64,000 bases of DNA from Candidatus Micrarchaeota archaeon. Lineage in GTDB: Archaea; Iainarchaeota; Iainarchaeia; JAADDC01. Position 1 is the first letter of the stretch; the number at the start of each line of letters is the position of its first letter. The stretch is from the NCBI GenBank assembly GCA_027046625.1, contig JALTXX010000003.1:10378-74377 (forward strand), read 5' to 3'. Below are positions 38,704 to 48,353 of this stretch, piece after piece. The position numbers and the translations under genes were made by a program. The notes beneath the pieces were generated by a model that saw only the letters and a list, made by a program, of their open reading frames with translations, did no database searches and was not told the origin of the DNA.

Positions 38704-40176
38704 TTACTCTATTTTAACTACACCCTCTACCATCTCAAGAGCCGCCTTCAACTTTCTCTGACTGTTGGAGTACAATGTAATTATGGTGTCTCCCCTGGAA
38801 ACAACGCTTCCAACACCTCTTTCTATCCATATACCCGCTCCCTTGTCCACAGGAGCTCCCAACATCCTACTGAGGAGGGAAATTTTAGAGGGAGATATGT
38901 AGGCCACTCTTCCATCTTTCGGAGAAGAAACACTTTCCCTATACTTTCCCGGTGTTAGATCCTCCCATTTTATGTCAGGATCACCTCCCTGTGCTTCAAT
39001 TATGCTTCTAAGCTTCTTCTCAGCCTCGCCACTCTTAAACGTATCCAGGGCCAATTTTCTAGCCTTTACAATAGGAACCTTTTTCAAAAACGCCAGCATC
39101 CTGCCTGTTATCTCTATACCCTTTTCCAAAAGATCCTTTGAGCCGTTTCTTTCATATGTCTGTAGAATGTCTATCGCTTCAAGGACAGGGCCTACACCTC
39201 TCCCAATAGGTTTCACACCACTGGAAATGAACCCTATCACCTTTATACCTAGCATGTCTCCTAGCTTCTTGAAGTGTTCTTCCCATTCCTTTGCCTGGGA
39301 AAAGGATTTCACTTTGGCCTCTGGACCTACGGGAATATCAAGCACCATGTACTTAGACGATACTGCGTATTTCTTGGCCATGATAGATGCCAACACCAAC
39401 CCGAGAGGATCCAACCTCAACGGTCTTCTTATCTGGATGAGTTTATCATCTGCAGCCGCAATGTTGGCTCCCCCACCCCACGCTATTACACCACCCACAC
39501 TTTTTACAATCTCCTCTATTTCCTCTGCAGTTAGATCCACCCTTGCAAACACCTCCATAGTGTCTGCTGTCCCAGAGGGAGATGTGATGGCCCTGGAGGA
39601 TGTCTTAGGAACTAAATAGCCTAGGGATGCCATAATGGGAACATAGAAGAATGTAATCCTATTACCTGGAATGCCTCCAATGCTGTGCTTATCTACCACT
39701 TCACCCTCAAGGAACACTCTATTTCCACTCTCTGCTATGGCAACAGTAAGATCTCTTACCTCCTCTTCTGATAGACCATTAATTTGGCAGGCTGTAACAA
39801 AGGCAGATGCCTCTGCGGGGAAGAGGTATCCGTTTACAACATCCATAATGATGGCCTTTATCTCTTCAGCGGATAGGGTTTCGCCCATAATCTTCTTCCT
39901 TATATATTCCACACTGATAGGTGGTTCCTCGGGGAATACTTCTACCTCTTCCCCATTCCTAACACCTAATATCTCTGCCACATCCTTGAAGACACCCACC
40001 TCATCTTCCTCTATAAACGTGTTGGTGGTGTTGATGATGGTCACAACAGATTTATCATTCTTTGATATGAGAAGCCTTCCATCTGGCCCTTCTCCCATTT
40101 TTGACGCAGTCTTTTCATTTAGCACAGAAATATATCTATGTGCATCCATGTCAAGGATCTTTACCCTTAGCTTCAC
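38704..40176 (-). CDS. AMP phosphorylase (archaeal DeoA-like)
   Basis: N-terminal extension, DKHSIGGIPGN, PKTSSRAITSPSGTADTME, GAPVDKGAG. Confidence 0.93.
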   Translation of the reverse strand: MKLRVKILDMDAHRYISVLNEKTASKMGEGPDGRLLISKNDKSVVTIINTTNTFIEEDEVGVFKDVAEILGVRNGEEVEVFPEEPPISVEYIRKKIMGETLSAEEIKAIIMDVVNGYLFPAEASAFVTACQINGLSEEEVRDLTVAIAESGNRVFLEGEVVDKHSIGGIPGNRITFFYVPIMASLGYLVPKTSSRAITSPSGTADTMEVFARVDLTAEEIEEIVKSVGGVIAWGGGANIAAADDKLIQIRRPLRLDPLGLVLASIMAKKYAVSSKYMVLDIPVGPEAKVKSFSQAKEWEEHFKKLGDMLGIKVIGFISSGVKPIGRGVGPVLEAIDILQTYERNGSKDLLEKGIEITGRMLAFLKKVPIVKARKLALDTFKSGEAEKKLRSIIEAQGGDPDIKWEDLTPGKYRESVSSPKDGRVAYISPSKISLLSRMLGAPVDKGAGIWIERGVGSVVSRGDTIITLYSNSQRKLKAALEMVEGVVKIE

Positions 40177-40208
40177 CTTGAGAGAAAAGGTGGAAGGTTA
40201 TAAATCCC

Positions 40209-40778
40209 TTGTGGGAACATGTAGACGTGGTGGTGAAGAAGTATCTCATGGTGAAGGGAAATTTCTTAGATGCTATTCTAAAGGGAAGAAAGAGGATTAC
40301 AATTAGAAGAAGAACGCGATTAAAGGCTGGAGATAAGTTTTACATACATTCTATGGGAAAGATATGGGGAATAGGAGAGGTTACAAAGGTGGAAAAAATT
40401 ATGAAGGATGAGATCGGAGATGAGATAGCAAAAGAGGAGGGTATGACGCTGGAAGAGCTAAAAAAGTATTTGGATAGGTTTTACGGGAAGAAGAATGTGC
40501 CCCTCTATGTCATACATTTTCGTGTTGCAGAGGTGTTTCCTGAGCCCAAAGATCCAGAAAAAGATGTGTATGGAGGTATGCGACCGGGAAAGATTGCTGC
40601 TTTAGCACTAAAATACCTTCACCTTGATGAGGAAGCCATGAAGATACTGAGGAGGTTGAAGGAGACGGATAGTATAAGAGCGGTTGCCATTGAAATGGGT
40701 GGACTAAATAGGAGGAAGAAGGTGAGGGCAATCTTAAGAAAGGCAGTAGAGATGTTAAAAGAAAAAGGAGTTATTTAG
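40209..40778 (+). CDS. ASCH-domain protein
   Basis: ILKGRKRITIR (GxKxxxxR), AKEEG...LEEL. Confidence 0.85.
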   Translation: MWEHVDVVVKKYLMVKGNFLDAILKGRKRITIRRRTRLKAGDKFYIHSMGKIWGIGEVTKVEKIMKDEIGDEIAKEEGMTLEELKKYLDRFYGKKNVPLYVIHFRVAEVFPEPKDPEKDVYGGMRPGKIAALALKYLHLDEEAMKILRRLKETDSIRAVAIEMGGLNRRKKVRAILRKAVEMLKEKGVI

Positions 40779-41211
40779 ACTTTCTCTTCCTGCCCCTTCT
40801 GGTCTTCTTTTCCTCTTCTTCTTTTACCTCTATGGTTCCTGTAAACTCCAACAGCTTACCTGTCTGGTAGAGGAGGAGTGAGACAACCAGAACAAATACC
40901 CAAAATACCCACACACCAGATTTATATGCAAGTACTGCGAACTTATCAAAGTAGTCCACTCCTGTAGGGAAGGGGTACACACCGGCTGCTACCGCCTTTA
41001 CGGAGCAAAGCAGATACTCATTCGTGCTGTTATAGTTTTTCAGGCACGTTTTCACATCTTTTATCTTATCCCAAGACACTACCAAATCCATGGTGGCTCC
41101 AAGGAAGAACAGTACAGACATGAGTGCCAGTAGCAGGCCAAGGAGTTTTGGCACCACCACATACCGCTTTCCTATCCTAAGTATCATACACTGTATGAAG
41201 AACTTTCTCAT
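40771..41211 (-). CDS. Hypothetical two-TM membrane protein
   Basis: Two TM segments and a basic tail. Confidence 0.6.
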   Translation of the reverse strand: MRKFFIQCMILRIGKRYVVVPKLLGLLLALMSVLFFLGATMDLVVSWDKIKDVKTCLKNYNSTNEYLLCSVKAVAAGVYPFPTGVDYFDKFAVLAYKSGVWVFWVFVLVVSLLLYQTGKLLEFTGTIEVKEEEEKKTRRGRKRKSK

Positions 41212-41219
41212 ATTTAAAT

Positions 41220-42185
41220 GTGGCGTCCCAACATTTTCACATGATATATTTCCTATCCTTCATACTTACCTTTCTTCTTATCAAGTACTGGATAGAGCTT
41301 GCAAAACAAAGAGGACTTGTAGGAAGGGACATGAATAAGTTTGAGGAGGTATATGTAGCAGAGGGTGGGGGAGTTCCCTTTCTTATGGGGACAATACCTG
41401 TAATTATCCTATTATCTCTCTTTTACCCGGAAAAATCCCTGGAAATTCTTGCTATTTCATCCTCCATTCTTTTGCTTGGGATGATAGGTTTTGTGGATGA
41501 CGTTCTGGGATGGAAGAAGGGTCTTCCCCAATGGGTAAAGCCAGTGCTAACTATATTGGCAGCCTTACCTATCTCCGTGGTTGTGTATATGAGGGGTTTG
41601 TCCGGCCTTTCATTGGATCCTTTTATCTATGCATGGATAGCGGTACCAATAGGTATTGTGGGTGCATCCAATGGATTTAACATGCTGGCAGGCTTCAATG
41701 GGCTGGAAGGAGGGCTGGCACTAATTATATTATCAACCCTTGGTGTGAAGGCGTTTATGGAAGGAAATCTTTGGCTTTTTGATATAATTTTAGTGTTTAT
41801 TGCAGCATTGCTAGCATTCCTATACTATAACTGGTATCCCGCTCGGATATTCCCAGGAGATAGCTTTACATACGCAATAGGAGGACTTATTGCTTCCATT
41901 ACCATCTTTGGTGGAATGGAAGTAATAGGTGTTGCACTCTATACATTGTTTATCTTAAAACTCATATTATTCCTAAGAGCAAGGTTTTTGGACAAGAAGA
42001 AAAAGGTAGAAGCCTTTGGAATACCACAGAGGGATGGTACCTTGAAAAAACCTTACGACAAATGGTATGATACCACTCACATTGCTATGGACATATTAGG
42101 AAAACATTCAACGGAGCGTAATGTGGTGCTTTTGATACTAACGGCTCAGTTAATAATATCTACGCTGGTATTGTTGGTAATGTGA
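41220..42185 (+). CDS. Polyprenyl-phosphate GlcNAc-1-phosphate transferase (AglH/GPT, MraY-TagO superfamily); start probably 41241
   Basis: GRDMNK...VAEGGG, GFVDD, NGFNMLAGFNGLEGG, NWYPARIFPGDS. Confidence 0.92.
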   Translation: MASQHFHMIYFLSFILTFLLIKYWIELAKQRGLVGRDMNKFEEVYVAEGGGVPFLMGTIPVIILLSLFYPEKSLEILAISSSILLLGMIGFVDDVLGWKKGLPQWVKPVLTILAALPISVVVYMRGLSGLSLDPFIYAWIAVPIGIVGASNGFNMLAGFNGLEGGLALIILSTLGVKAFMEGNLWLFDIILVFIAALLAFLYYNWYPARIFPGDSFTYAIGGLIASITIFGGMEVIGVALYTLFILKLILFLRARFLDKKKKVEAFGIPQRDGTLKKPYDKWYDTTHIAMDILGKHSTERNVVLLILTAQLIISTLVLLVM

Positions 42186-43546
42186 GGCGCCTAGCAAGGA
42201 TTTCTGCCATATTGGTAGTTACCTTCCTCCTTTCCTACGCAGCTCTTTATATCTTTCGAATAGCAGCGGGTAGAATCCTTCAACCAGAGGATTTTGGTTA
42301 CTTTATGTTCCTCTGGGGTACATCTGGAGTATTAGCCTCCTTGTCTATTTTGGGGATGGAAACAGGGGCTGCGAGGGAAATAGCAAGAAGAATAGCAGAG
42401 GGACATACGTATAAGGACATTGTAGGAGCTGCTACATTAGCTTCTATCCTATTTTCGGTGTTTCTATCCCTGCTAACAGGTATTCAAGAGCTACTGATTA
42501 TAGTACCCTTCTACGCTCTTTTCCTCCTCTATACAGGCATACTAAGAGGATCGGGGAGATTCCGTGAAAGGGCGTTAGCAGACGTTGTAAGGGCTGCGGT
42601 TCTCCTCATTTCTTCCCTGTATGTTATCTACAATCCATCCCTTTATGTGGCTGTACTACTTTTCTCCCTCTCCTTTATCTTCCCCCTTCTTTTGGAGATT
42701 CTTGTAGAGCCCCCCGGAATCCCCTCTCTGCGAACTGTTATAGAAATTGTTAGATCTTCGATTTCCTATCTTCTCATGAGTGTTTCCTTCAGAATTATGC
42801 AGTGGACAGATCTGATATTGGTAAACGTGTTGCTTGGTAGTCTAAAGACGGCCATCTACGGAGCGGCATCCACGGTAGTAGGAATATTTGCCGTTATATA
42901 CAATGTGGCCGGTTATGTTTCCCTACAGAGGCTTACCATATACTATGAGAAGGGGATGCTAAAGGATATGTTCGAGTTCTTTAGGAGGGTAAATAAATGG
43001 GTACTTCTCGTATCCCTGCCGCTGATTCTTTTGCTACTCATATATCCTTCCACCGTTATAGAGATGTTGTTTGGGAGGTATGGAGAAGGAGGCACAGCAC
43101 TCATTATACTGTCTCTTTCTCTCCTTGTTCAACAGCTTGGAGGCATTCTGGGAACGCTTTATACTGCTGTTGGAAGGCCAGATATGTGGAACAGGGCAGC
43201 CATCATAGCGGCAATCCTAAATGTGGTTCTAAATATGGTGTTTATACCTATCTGGGGTTTGGTGGGGGCAGCCATTGCTACAGGTATAAGTATCGCTCTT
43301 AGAACGTTGCTGGCGGTGCTGGGTATATACAACATGTGGAAGGAACTTCCTCTTGATAAGGGAAGTCTTTTTGTGATAATATCCTTTATCCTTACAGTTG
43401 TGGCAGATAGAACATTTCTATCCCCCTTTCCACCTCTTCAGGAGGCTATAATATCGCTCCTCTTGTACGGAGTGTTGCTGGTTGTTTTAAGGGCTTTTGA
43501 TAGGGAAGATATTAGAATAGCGAGGGAGTTGATCCATGGAAGGTGA
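42182..43546 (+). CDS. Wzx/MOP-family oligosaccharide flippase
   Basis: RILQPEDFG, WTDLILV, NVVLNMVFIPIWGLVGAAIAT. Multi-TM. Confidence 0.9.
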   Translation: MRRLARISAILVVTFLLSYAALYIFRIAAGRILQPEDFGYFMFLWGTSGVLASLSILGMETGAAREIARRIAEGHTYKDIVGAATLASILFSVFLSLLTGIQELLIIVPFYALFLLYTGILRGSGRFRERALADVVRAAVLLISSLYVIYNPSLYVAVLLFSLSFIFPLLLEILVEPPGIPSLRTVIEIVRSSISYLLMSVSFRIMQWTDLILVNVLLGSLKTAIYGAASTVVGIFAVIYNVAGYVSLQRLTIYYEKGMLKDMFEFFRRVNKWVLLVSLPLILLLLIYPSTVIEMLFGRYGEGGTALIILSLSLLVQQLGGILGTLYTAVGRPDMWNRAAIIAAILNVVLNMVFIPIWGLVGAAIATGISIALRTLLAVLGIYNMWKELPLDKGSLFVIISFILTVVADRTFLSPFPPLQEAIISLLLYGVLLVVLRAFDREDIRIARELIHGR

Positions 43547-44270
43547 ATGTAAACTATGTGGTATAACGTTTAGAACTAGGAAGGAGGATGTAATAAGGAT
43601 CCCAAAGGACTACATCCCTCTCTATACTATAAGCCTTGATCACATGTGGTGGATTCTTAGATGGGATGTATATAAGGATGCCATTAGTAGGGGGGTATGT
43701 ACGGCAGACGGCACATGGATAAAACGGCTGATCCAGCTGAAATGTGGTAAGAGGGTTGATAGACTAGCTGGAAGCAGAATAATATATGATTTTCTCTCCC
43801 TTGCAAAGGAAAACGAACTAAGAGTAGCCTTTGTGGGCGGTACTCAAGAGGTCTTGAGAGAGGCCTCAGAGCGTATAAAGAGGGAGTATGGGCTGGAAGT
43901 ATACACAATGGATCCGGGATTGATATCATATCCGTTTCACGAAGTAACCATAGAAAATGTTTTGTCGTTTGTGGAAGATAAAGAGCCCCACTTTGTGTTC
44001 TTTGCTTTGGGAGGTGCTCCTAAACAAGAGTTATTTATGGATAGTTTAAATGATGGGTTAAAAGACAGAGGGGTACTCCTTTCTATGGGTATTGGAGGAA
44101 CATTGGATATGATTGCAGGAAGAATCAAACTTGCACCAAAATGGGTATCAGATATAGGGTTAGAGTGGTTATGGAGGGGTATGGAAGGATTTCACAGACT
44201 TACAAAGATAAGAAGGGGATATACGGCGCTATTTAGAGTATTACTAAGGCTCTTAAGGGGTAAGTGTTGA
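43536..44270 (+). CDS. WecG/TagA/CpsF-family (GT26) glycosyltransferase
   Basis: TADG, RLAGS, ALGGAPKQE, GIGGTLD..AG...APKW....GLEWLWR. Confidence 0.9.
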   Translation: MEGECKLCGITFRTRKEDVIRIPKDYIPLYTISLDHMWWILRWDVYKDAISRGVCTADGTWIKRLIQLKCGKRVDRLAGSRIIYDFLSLAKENELRVAFVGGTQEVLREASERIKREYGLEVYTMDPGLISYPFHEVTIENVLSFVEDKEPHFVFFALGGAPKQELFMDSLNDGLKDRGVLLSMGIGGTLDMIAGRIKLAPKWVSDIGLEWLWRGMEGFHRLTKIRRGYTALFRVLLRLLRGKC

Positions 44271-45293
44271 GTATATCTCTTCTAACATATCAACATGTTT
44301 TTCCCATGTTAGGGGAGTTACATCGCATAAGCAAGGGGAGGATTGAAGGATTAGGTTCGCCGCTTCCTCTATCGAATCGAACAGCTTTACACACCTACAA
44401 TATCTTTTTATAGTTCTCGGCCCGGGACTGTCCTTTACGATGGGTACAAGGCCTCTCGCAAGCGCTTCTACTACTACGATTCCAGACGCCTCATATGGGG
44501 ATGGCAGAAGCAGGAAATCGTGCTCATCCAACACCTTCCACTTTTCTTCTCCATAAACTGGTCCTCTAAAGGTTACCCGTTTTTCAACACCTAATCTTGT
44601 TGCTAACCCTCTCAAATGATCCCTATATCCAGAAATTGCCTCGGGGCCCACAATACTGAGTGTGTATTCCTTTGGAAGTAACGCAAGTATTCTAATGGTA
44701 TCGTCTACGCCCTTAAGAGGATCCAGCCTACCAAGATATAGGATTTTTGTGCCATACTTCTCCCTTTGTTTTATATTCTCAGCGCTTACGTTCGCAGTAG
44801 GCAATACAATTCCTTTGAAAAAGAAACGCTCCTCATCGTTTGTCATTATTATATAATCCATGAGCCTCCAATACCACCCCACTGATAGGTCAAATATTTT
44901 AACAAACACCCTTTCTATCCCCTTTCTAGGATGAAAGGGAGAATGAGTCGTCATTATCACCTTTCTTCCTCCTAGTTTTAGTAAAAGAGAAAGAATGGTG
45001 TGAGGGTGACGAAATCCATGCACATGGATAATATCGAAATGTTTTGCGACTTGTAGAAAACCTGGCCAAAATCTTGCAAACCTACCCATTCTTAATATTG
45101 CGGGAAATCTATACACAGGAATGCCATCTATGGTTTCTCTTTGGGGAAGAGGTTTTCCATGCGCATTCTCTGCTACTGTTAAAACTGCCACTTCATGCCC
45201 CCTTCTTTTTAGCTCTTTCACAACGTGATATACATATAGCTCCACCCCACCTGTTTGGGGCAGGAAAAATGGGGTTACATGGACAATGCGCAT
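44253..45293 (-). CDS. GT4-family glycosyltransferase
   Basis: GGVE, GHEV, LGRLDPLKG, PSPYEASGIVVVEALARG. Confidence 0.92.
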   Translation of the reverse strand: MRIVHVTPFFLPQTGGVELYVYHVVKELKRRGHEVAVLTVAENAHGKPLPQRETIDGIPVYRFPAILRMGRFARFWPGFLQVAKHFDIIHVHGFRHPHTILSLLLKLGGRKVIMTTHSPFHPRKGIERVFVKIFDLSVGWYWRLMDYIIMTNDEERFFFKGIVLPTANVSAENIKQREKYGTKILYLGRLDPLKGVDDTIRILALLPKEYTLSIVGPEAISGYRDHLRGLATRLGVEKRVTFRGPVYGEEKWKVLDEHDFLLLPSPYEASGIVVVEALARGLVPIVKDSPGPRTIKRYCRCVKLFDSIEEAANLILQSSPCLCDVTPLTWEKHVDMLEEIYSTLTP

Positions 45294-45312
45294 GTAGAAT
45301 AAAGAATATCAG

Positions 45313-46086
45313 GTGTATATAATGGGTAGGGTAGTGTTGTTTAGAGGAGCCTTTGGGTGGAACAACCTAGGAGATGATATTTATGAACAAATTATACGCT
45401 CTGATATGAAAAACAAAGCAGACCTAATATTAATAGGAAAAAAGTACTATCTAAGTCCTCGTATACTTCTCTATATATGGAAGGCCGATCTCGTGGTGTT
45501 GGGGCCTGGTGGGGTGTTTGATGGAAGACCAGAACGGTTCCTGTCGGATTTGTACATAATATTATTTACCCTGATTTCTAAGATGTTTCGGAAGAGAACT
45601 ATAGCCTATTGTGTTCAAATACCAACAAACGGGCTATACACTCGTGTTATAACAAGAATATGGTTGGGGTTACTTGATGCAGTGTATGTAAGGTTCAAGA
45701 AGAACCAGGAGGAGGCCTCTTCTGTTTACAATTATCCATTTCGTCTCTGTGTGGATATAGCGGCTATACTTATGAACAGAATAAGACAGACAGACCCAAG
45801 AATTGACACTTTCATAGAATCTGTATATGTGGTTTCTACCAAAGGGAAACCTTGGAATATTGACGAGATAAAGAATGTTATGAAAATGATTAGAATGGCA
45901 AAAGAGGTAAAGGTGGATAGATTGCATACACTCATGCTGGCGTTGCTTGCTGGGGCCAGGAAAATTAGGGTGATGCCCTATCACTGGAAAATGCTATACT
46001 TAATACACGACTATACTGAGAGGCAGGATGATTATAAACGGGTTGATGATAGATGGGTTGAAGAAATATTATCGCACCTTCCCTGA
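45313..46086 (+). CDS. Polysaccharide pyruvyl transferase (CsaB/WcaK-like), shortened
   Basis: GAFGWNNLGDD, LGPGGVF, VR...D.A, RLH..ML.A, Y..K. Confidence 0.75.
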   Translation: MYIMGRVVLFRGAFGWNNLGDDIYEQIIRSDMKNKADLILIGKKYYLSPRILLYIWKADLVVLGPGGVFDGRPERFLSDLYIILFTLISKMFRKRTIAYCVQIPTNGLYTRVITRIWLGLLDAVYVRFKKNQEEASSVYNYPFRLCVDIAAILMNRIRQTDPRIDTFIESVYVVSTKGKPWNIDEIKNVMKMIRMAKEVKVDRLHTLMLALLAGARKIRVMPYHWKMLYLIHDYTERQDDYKRVDDRWVEEILSHLP

Positions 46087-47949
46087 TATGTTTTTGTCAG
46101 CAACTACGGGGTATCCATCAACTGTGGGAATGTAGGCTGTTACCTTTGTGCCTCTAACTTCCATATTATCCACAGGTATGAATAGAACGGCCCTTCCCTT
46201 TATGTCCATACTTTTTTCTATTATACCCTTGTACCTGTTACTTCCTTCTTCTATTACGAGCAGGTATCCTCCTTCAGAGAGGGGCTCCACATGCTTTACA
46301 ACCCCGGTTCTCATGTTGGAGGATAGTACATCCTCTATGGTTACTTCCTCTTTCTTCTCTGAGAACATACCTCTCCATTTGGATGTGTCTATGCGTGTAA
46401 ATAACTTTCCTACTGGGGAGGCTGCTTCTATCCTAGGGTTATAAACCTCCTCCCAAGATAATTTTACCCCCAATGCTTGTAATACTCTTTCCATACTCCT
46501 TGGTAATATTGGAAGAAGCGACAGCGCCAGAACTTTCACATAGTACAGAGCTGTAATAAGCTCTTTTGATGGGTCCTCCTTTTTCCACGGTTCTGTTTTA
46601 TTCAGAAATGCATTTCCCTCTGAGGCTAGCCTGTTTATAAGTGATACAACCTTTGAAAAACCTATAAAGCTCATATAAGCATCCTCTATCTCCTTTACGA
46701 AGTTCCTTACCTTGTTCACCTCTTCCGGATACGGATCTTCTCCCATGTTTATAGGTTTTCTGGCAGAGAGGGACAAAACTCTATGTATAAAGTTGGATAT
46801 ATTATCTACCAGCTCCTTGTTTATCTTTTCCTCCATAACGTCCCAGGAAAACTCTGTGTCCTTCTGGGATGGATATAGAGCAGCTAGAAGATATCTCCAG
46901 TATTCTACATCCAATAGTTCCAGTGCATTCTCAAGGTTTAGGCCCACTCCTCTGCTCTTGGAGAACTTTACACCTTTAGCTGTTAGGAACTGAGAGGCAG
47001 CCACTATATCCACTAGCTTCCAGTTGTTTGAGCCTATTAGCATTGCAGGGAAGAGTATGGTGTGGAAGTAAACATTATCCTTCCCCATATACTGAATATA
47101 GAACACATCCTCCGCTTGGGGAAGCTTCCACCACGTATCCCACTCCTCTGTAAACTCCTTGGTTATACCTATATAACCAATGGGAGCGTCAAACCATACA
47201 TAGAACACCTGATCCTTATATTCTTCAAGAGGGACAGGAAAGCCAAAGTTTAGGTGTCTGGTAATAGATCTAGGCTTCAGGTTATCAAGGTACCATTTTG
47301 TGGTGTTTACAACATACTCTGGCCATTTGTCCTTTCTCTCCTCAAAGAAAGCTTCAAGTTCCTTCTTAAGTTTTGGTACATCAAAAACCAACTGTTTTAT
47401 ATGTGTAAATTCTATATCATGGGATCCGCAATATACACAGCGGGGTTTTATAAGCTGATCTGGAGTTAATACAGCACCGCAGTCGTCGCACTGGTCTCCC
47501 CTTGCCAGTCCTCCGCAGTGGGGGCACGTACCTTCTATCCATCTGTCTGCCAATACCCTTCCACAGGAGTTACATCTTGGCATTACCACTATCTCTTCTT
47601 TTATGTATCCCCTCTCCCACAGACGATGGAAGATTTCATATGTAAGTTCCCTATTGTGGGGGGAATCTGTGTGTCCCCAATAGTCCACCGATATCAACCA
47701 CTTCTCCATAAGCTCCTTTATCCTTCTATGGTTTTCGTATGCCATTTCTCTTACGTCTCTCCCCTCTCTATGTGCAGCTACCTCTAGGGGAGACCCGTGC
47801 ATGTCAGAGCCGCAGATAAAAAGCACTTTCTCTCCCTTCAAGCGCAGAAATCTTGCCATCACATCTGCAGGAAATATACTGCCCACGAAGTTACCTAGGT
47901 GTGGTATGCCATGAACGTAGGGAAGAGCTGAGGTTATGAGGTACCTCAT
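46069..47949 (-). CDS. metG: Methionyl-tRNA synthetase
   Basis: TSALPYVHGIPHLGN, Zn knuckles, YVWFDAPIGY, KFSKS. Confidence 0.97.
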   Translation of the reverse strand: MRYLITSALPYVHGIPHLGNFVGSIFPADVMARFLRLKGEKVLFICGSDMHGSPLEVAAHREGRDVREMAYENHRRIKELMEKWLISVDYWGHTDSPHNRELTYEIFHRLWERGYIKEEIVVMPRCNSCGRVLADRWIEGTCPHCGGLARGDQCDDCGAVLTPDQLIKPRCVYCGSHDIEFTHIKQLVFDVPKLKKELEAFFEERKDKWPEYVVNTTKWYLDNLKPRSITRHLNFGFPVPLEEYKDQVFYVWFDAPIGYIGITKEFTEEWDTWWKLPQAEDVFYIQYMGKDNVYFHTILFPAMLIGSNNWKLVDIVAASQFLTAKGVKFSKSRGVGLNLENALELLDVEYWRYLLAALYPSQKDTEFSWDVMEEKINKELVDNISNFIHRVLSLSARKPINMGEDPYPEEVNKVRNFVKEIEDAYMSFIGFSKVVSLINRLASEGNAFLNKTEPWKKEDPSKELITALYYVKVLALSLLPILPRSMERVLQALGVKLSWEEVYNPRIEAASPVGKLFTRIDTSKWRGMFSEKKEEVTIEDVLSSNMRTGVVKHVEPLSEGGYLLVIEEGSNRYKGIIEKSMDIKGRAVLFIPVDNMEVRGTKVTAYIPTVDGYPVVADKNISGKVR

Positions 47950-48002
47950 GTTAGGAGGATGAGGGTAGGAACCCTTAAGAAGTATGGCTACACAATGTTA
48001 AC

Positions 48003-48281
48003 ATGAAACCCTTCGAGTGTGATAAACGTATCAGAAGGGTGCTGCCCCACATAAAAAGGGCTGTCATCCAAGAGCTGTACAGGATGGGCTATAAGGTGAA
48101 GGATATAGCAAAACTTATGGGTATGACCCCGGCCGCGGTTTCTCAATACATACATGGTAAGAGAGGTAAGGATATTCCTGTGGAGGGTATCAAGGAGCTG
48201 GTAAAAAAGATGGAGGAAGGTACTATTACCCAGGAAGATGTGTGTAGGGTGTGTGATGCGTTGGCAGGTAAAGTATCCTAA
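48003..48281 (+). CDS. HTH transcriptional regulator (COG2522-like)
   Basis: KPFE...LPHIK...IAKLMGMTPAAVSQYIHGKRG...CRVC. Confidence 0.85.
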   Translation: MKPFECDKRIRRVLPHIKRAVIQELYRMGYKVKDIAKLMGMTPAAVSQYIHGKRGKDIPVEGIKELVKKMEEGTITQEDVCRVCDALAGKVS

Positions 48282-48353
48282 CATGTTATGTATCATTAAG
48301 GATGCAAAGCAAACAACACCTTCATATAGGTTGGAGGGATAATACCCCATACT

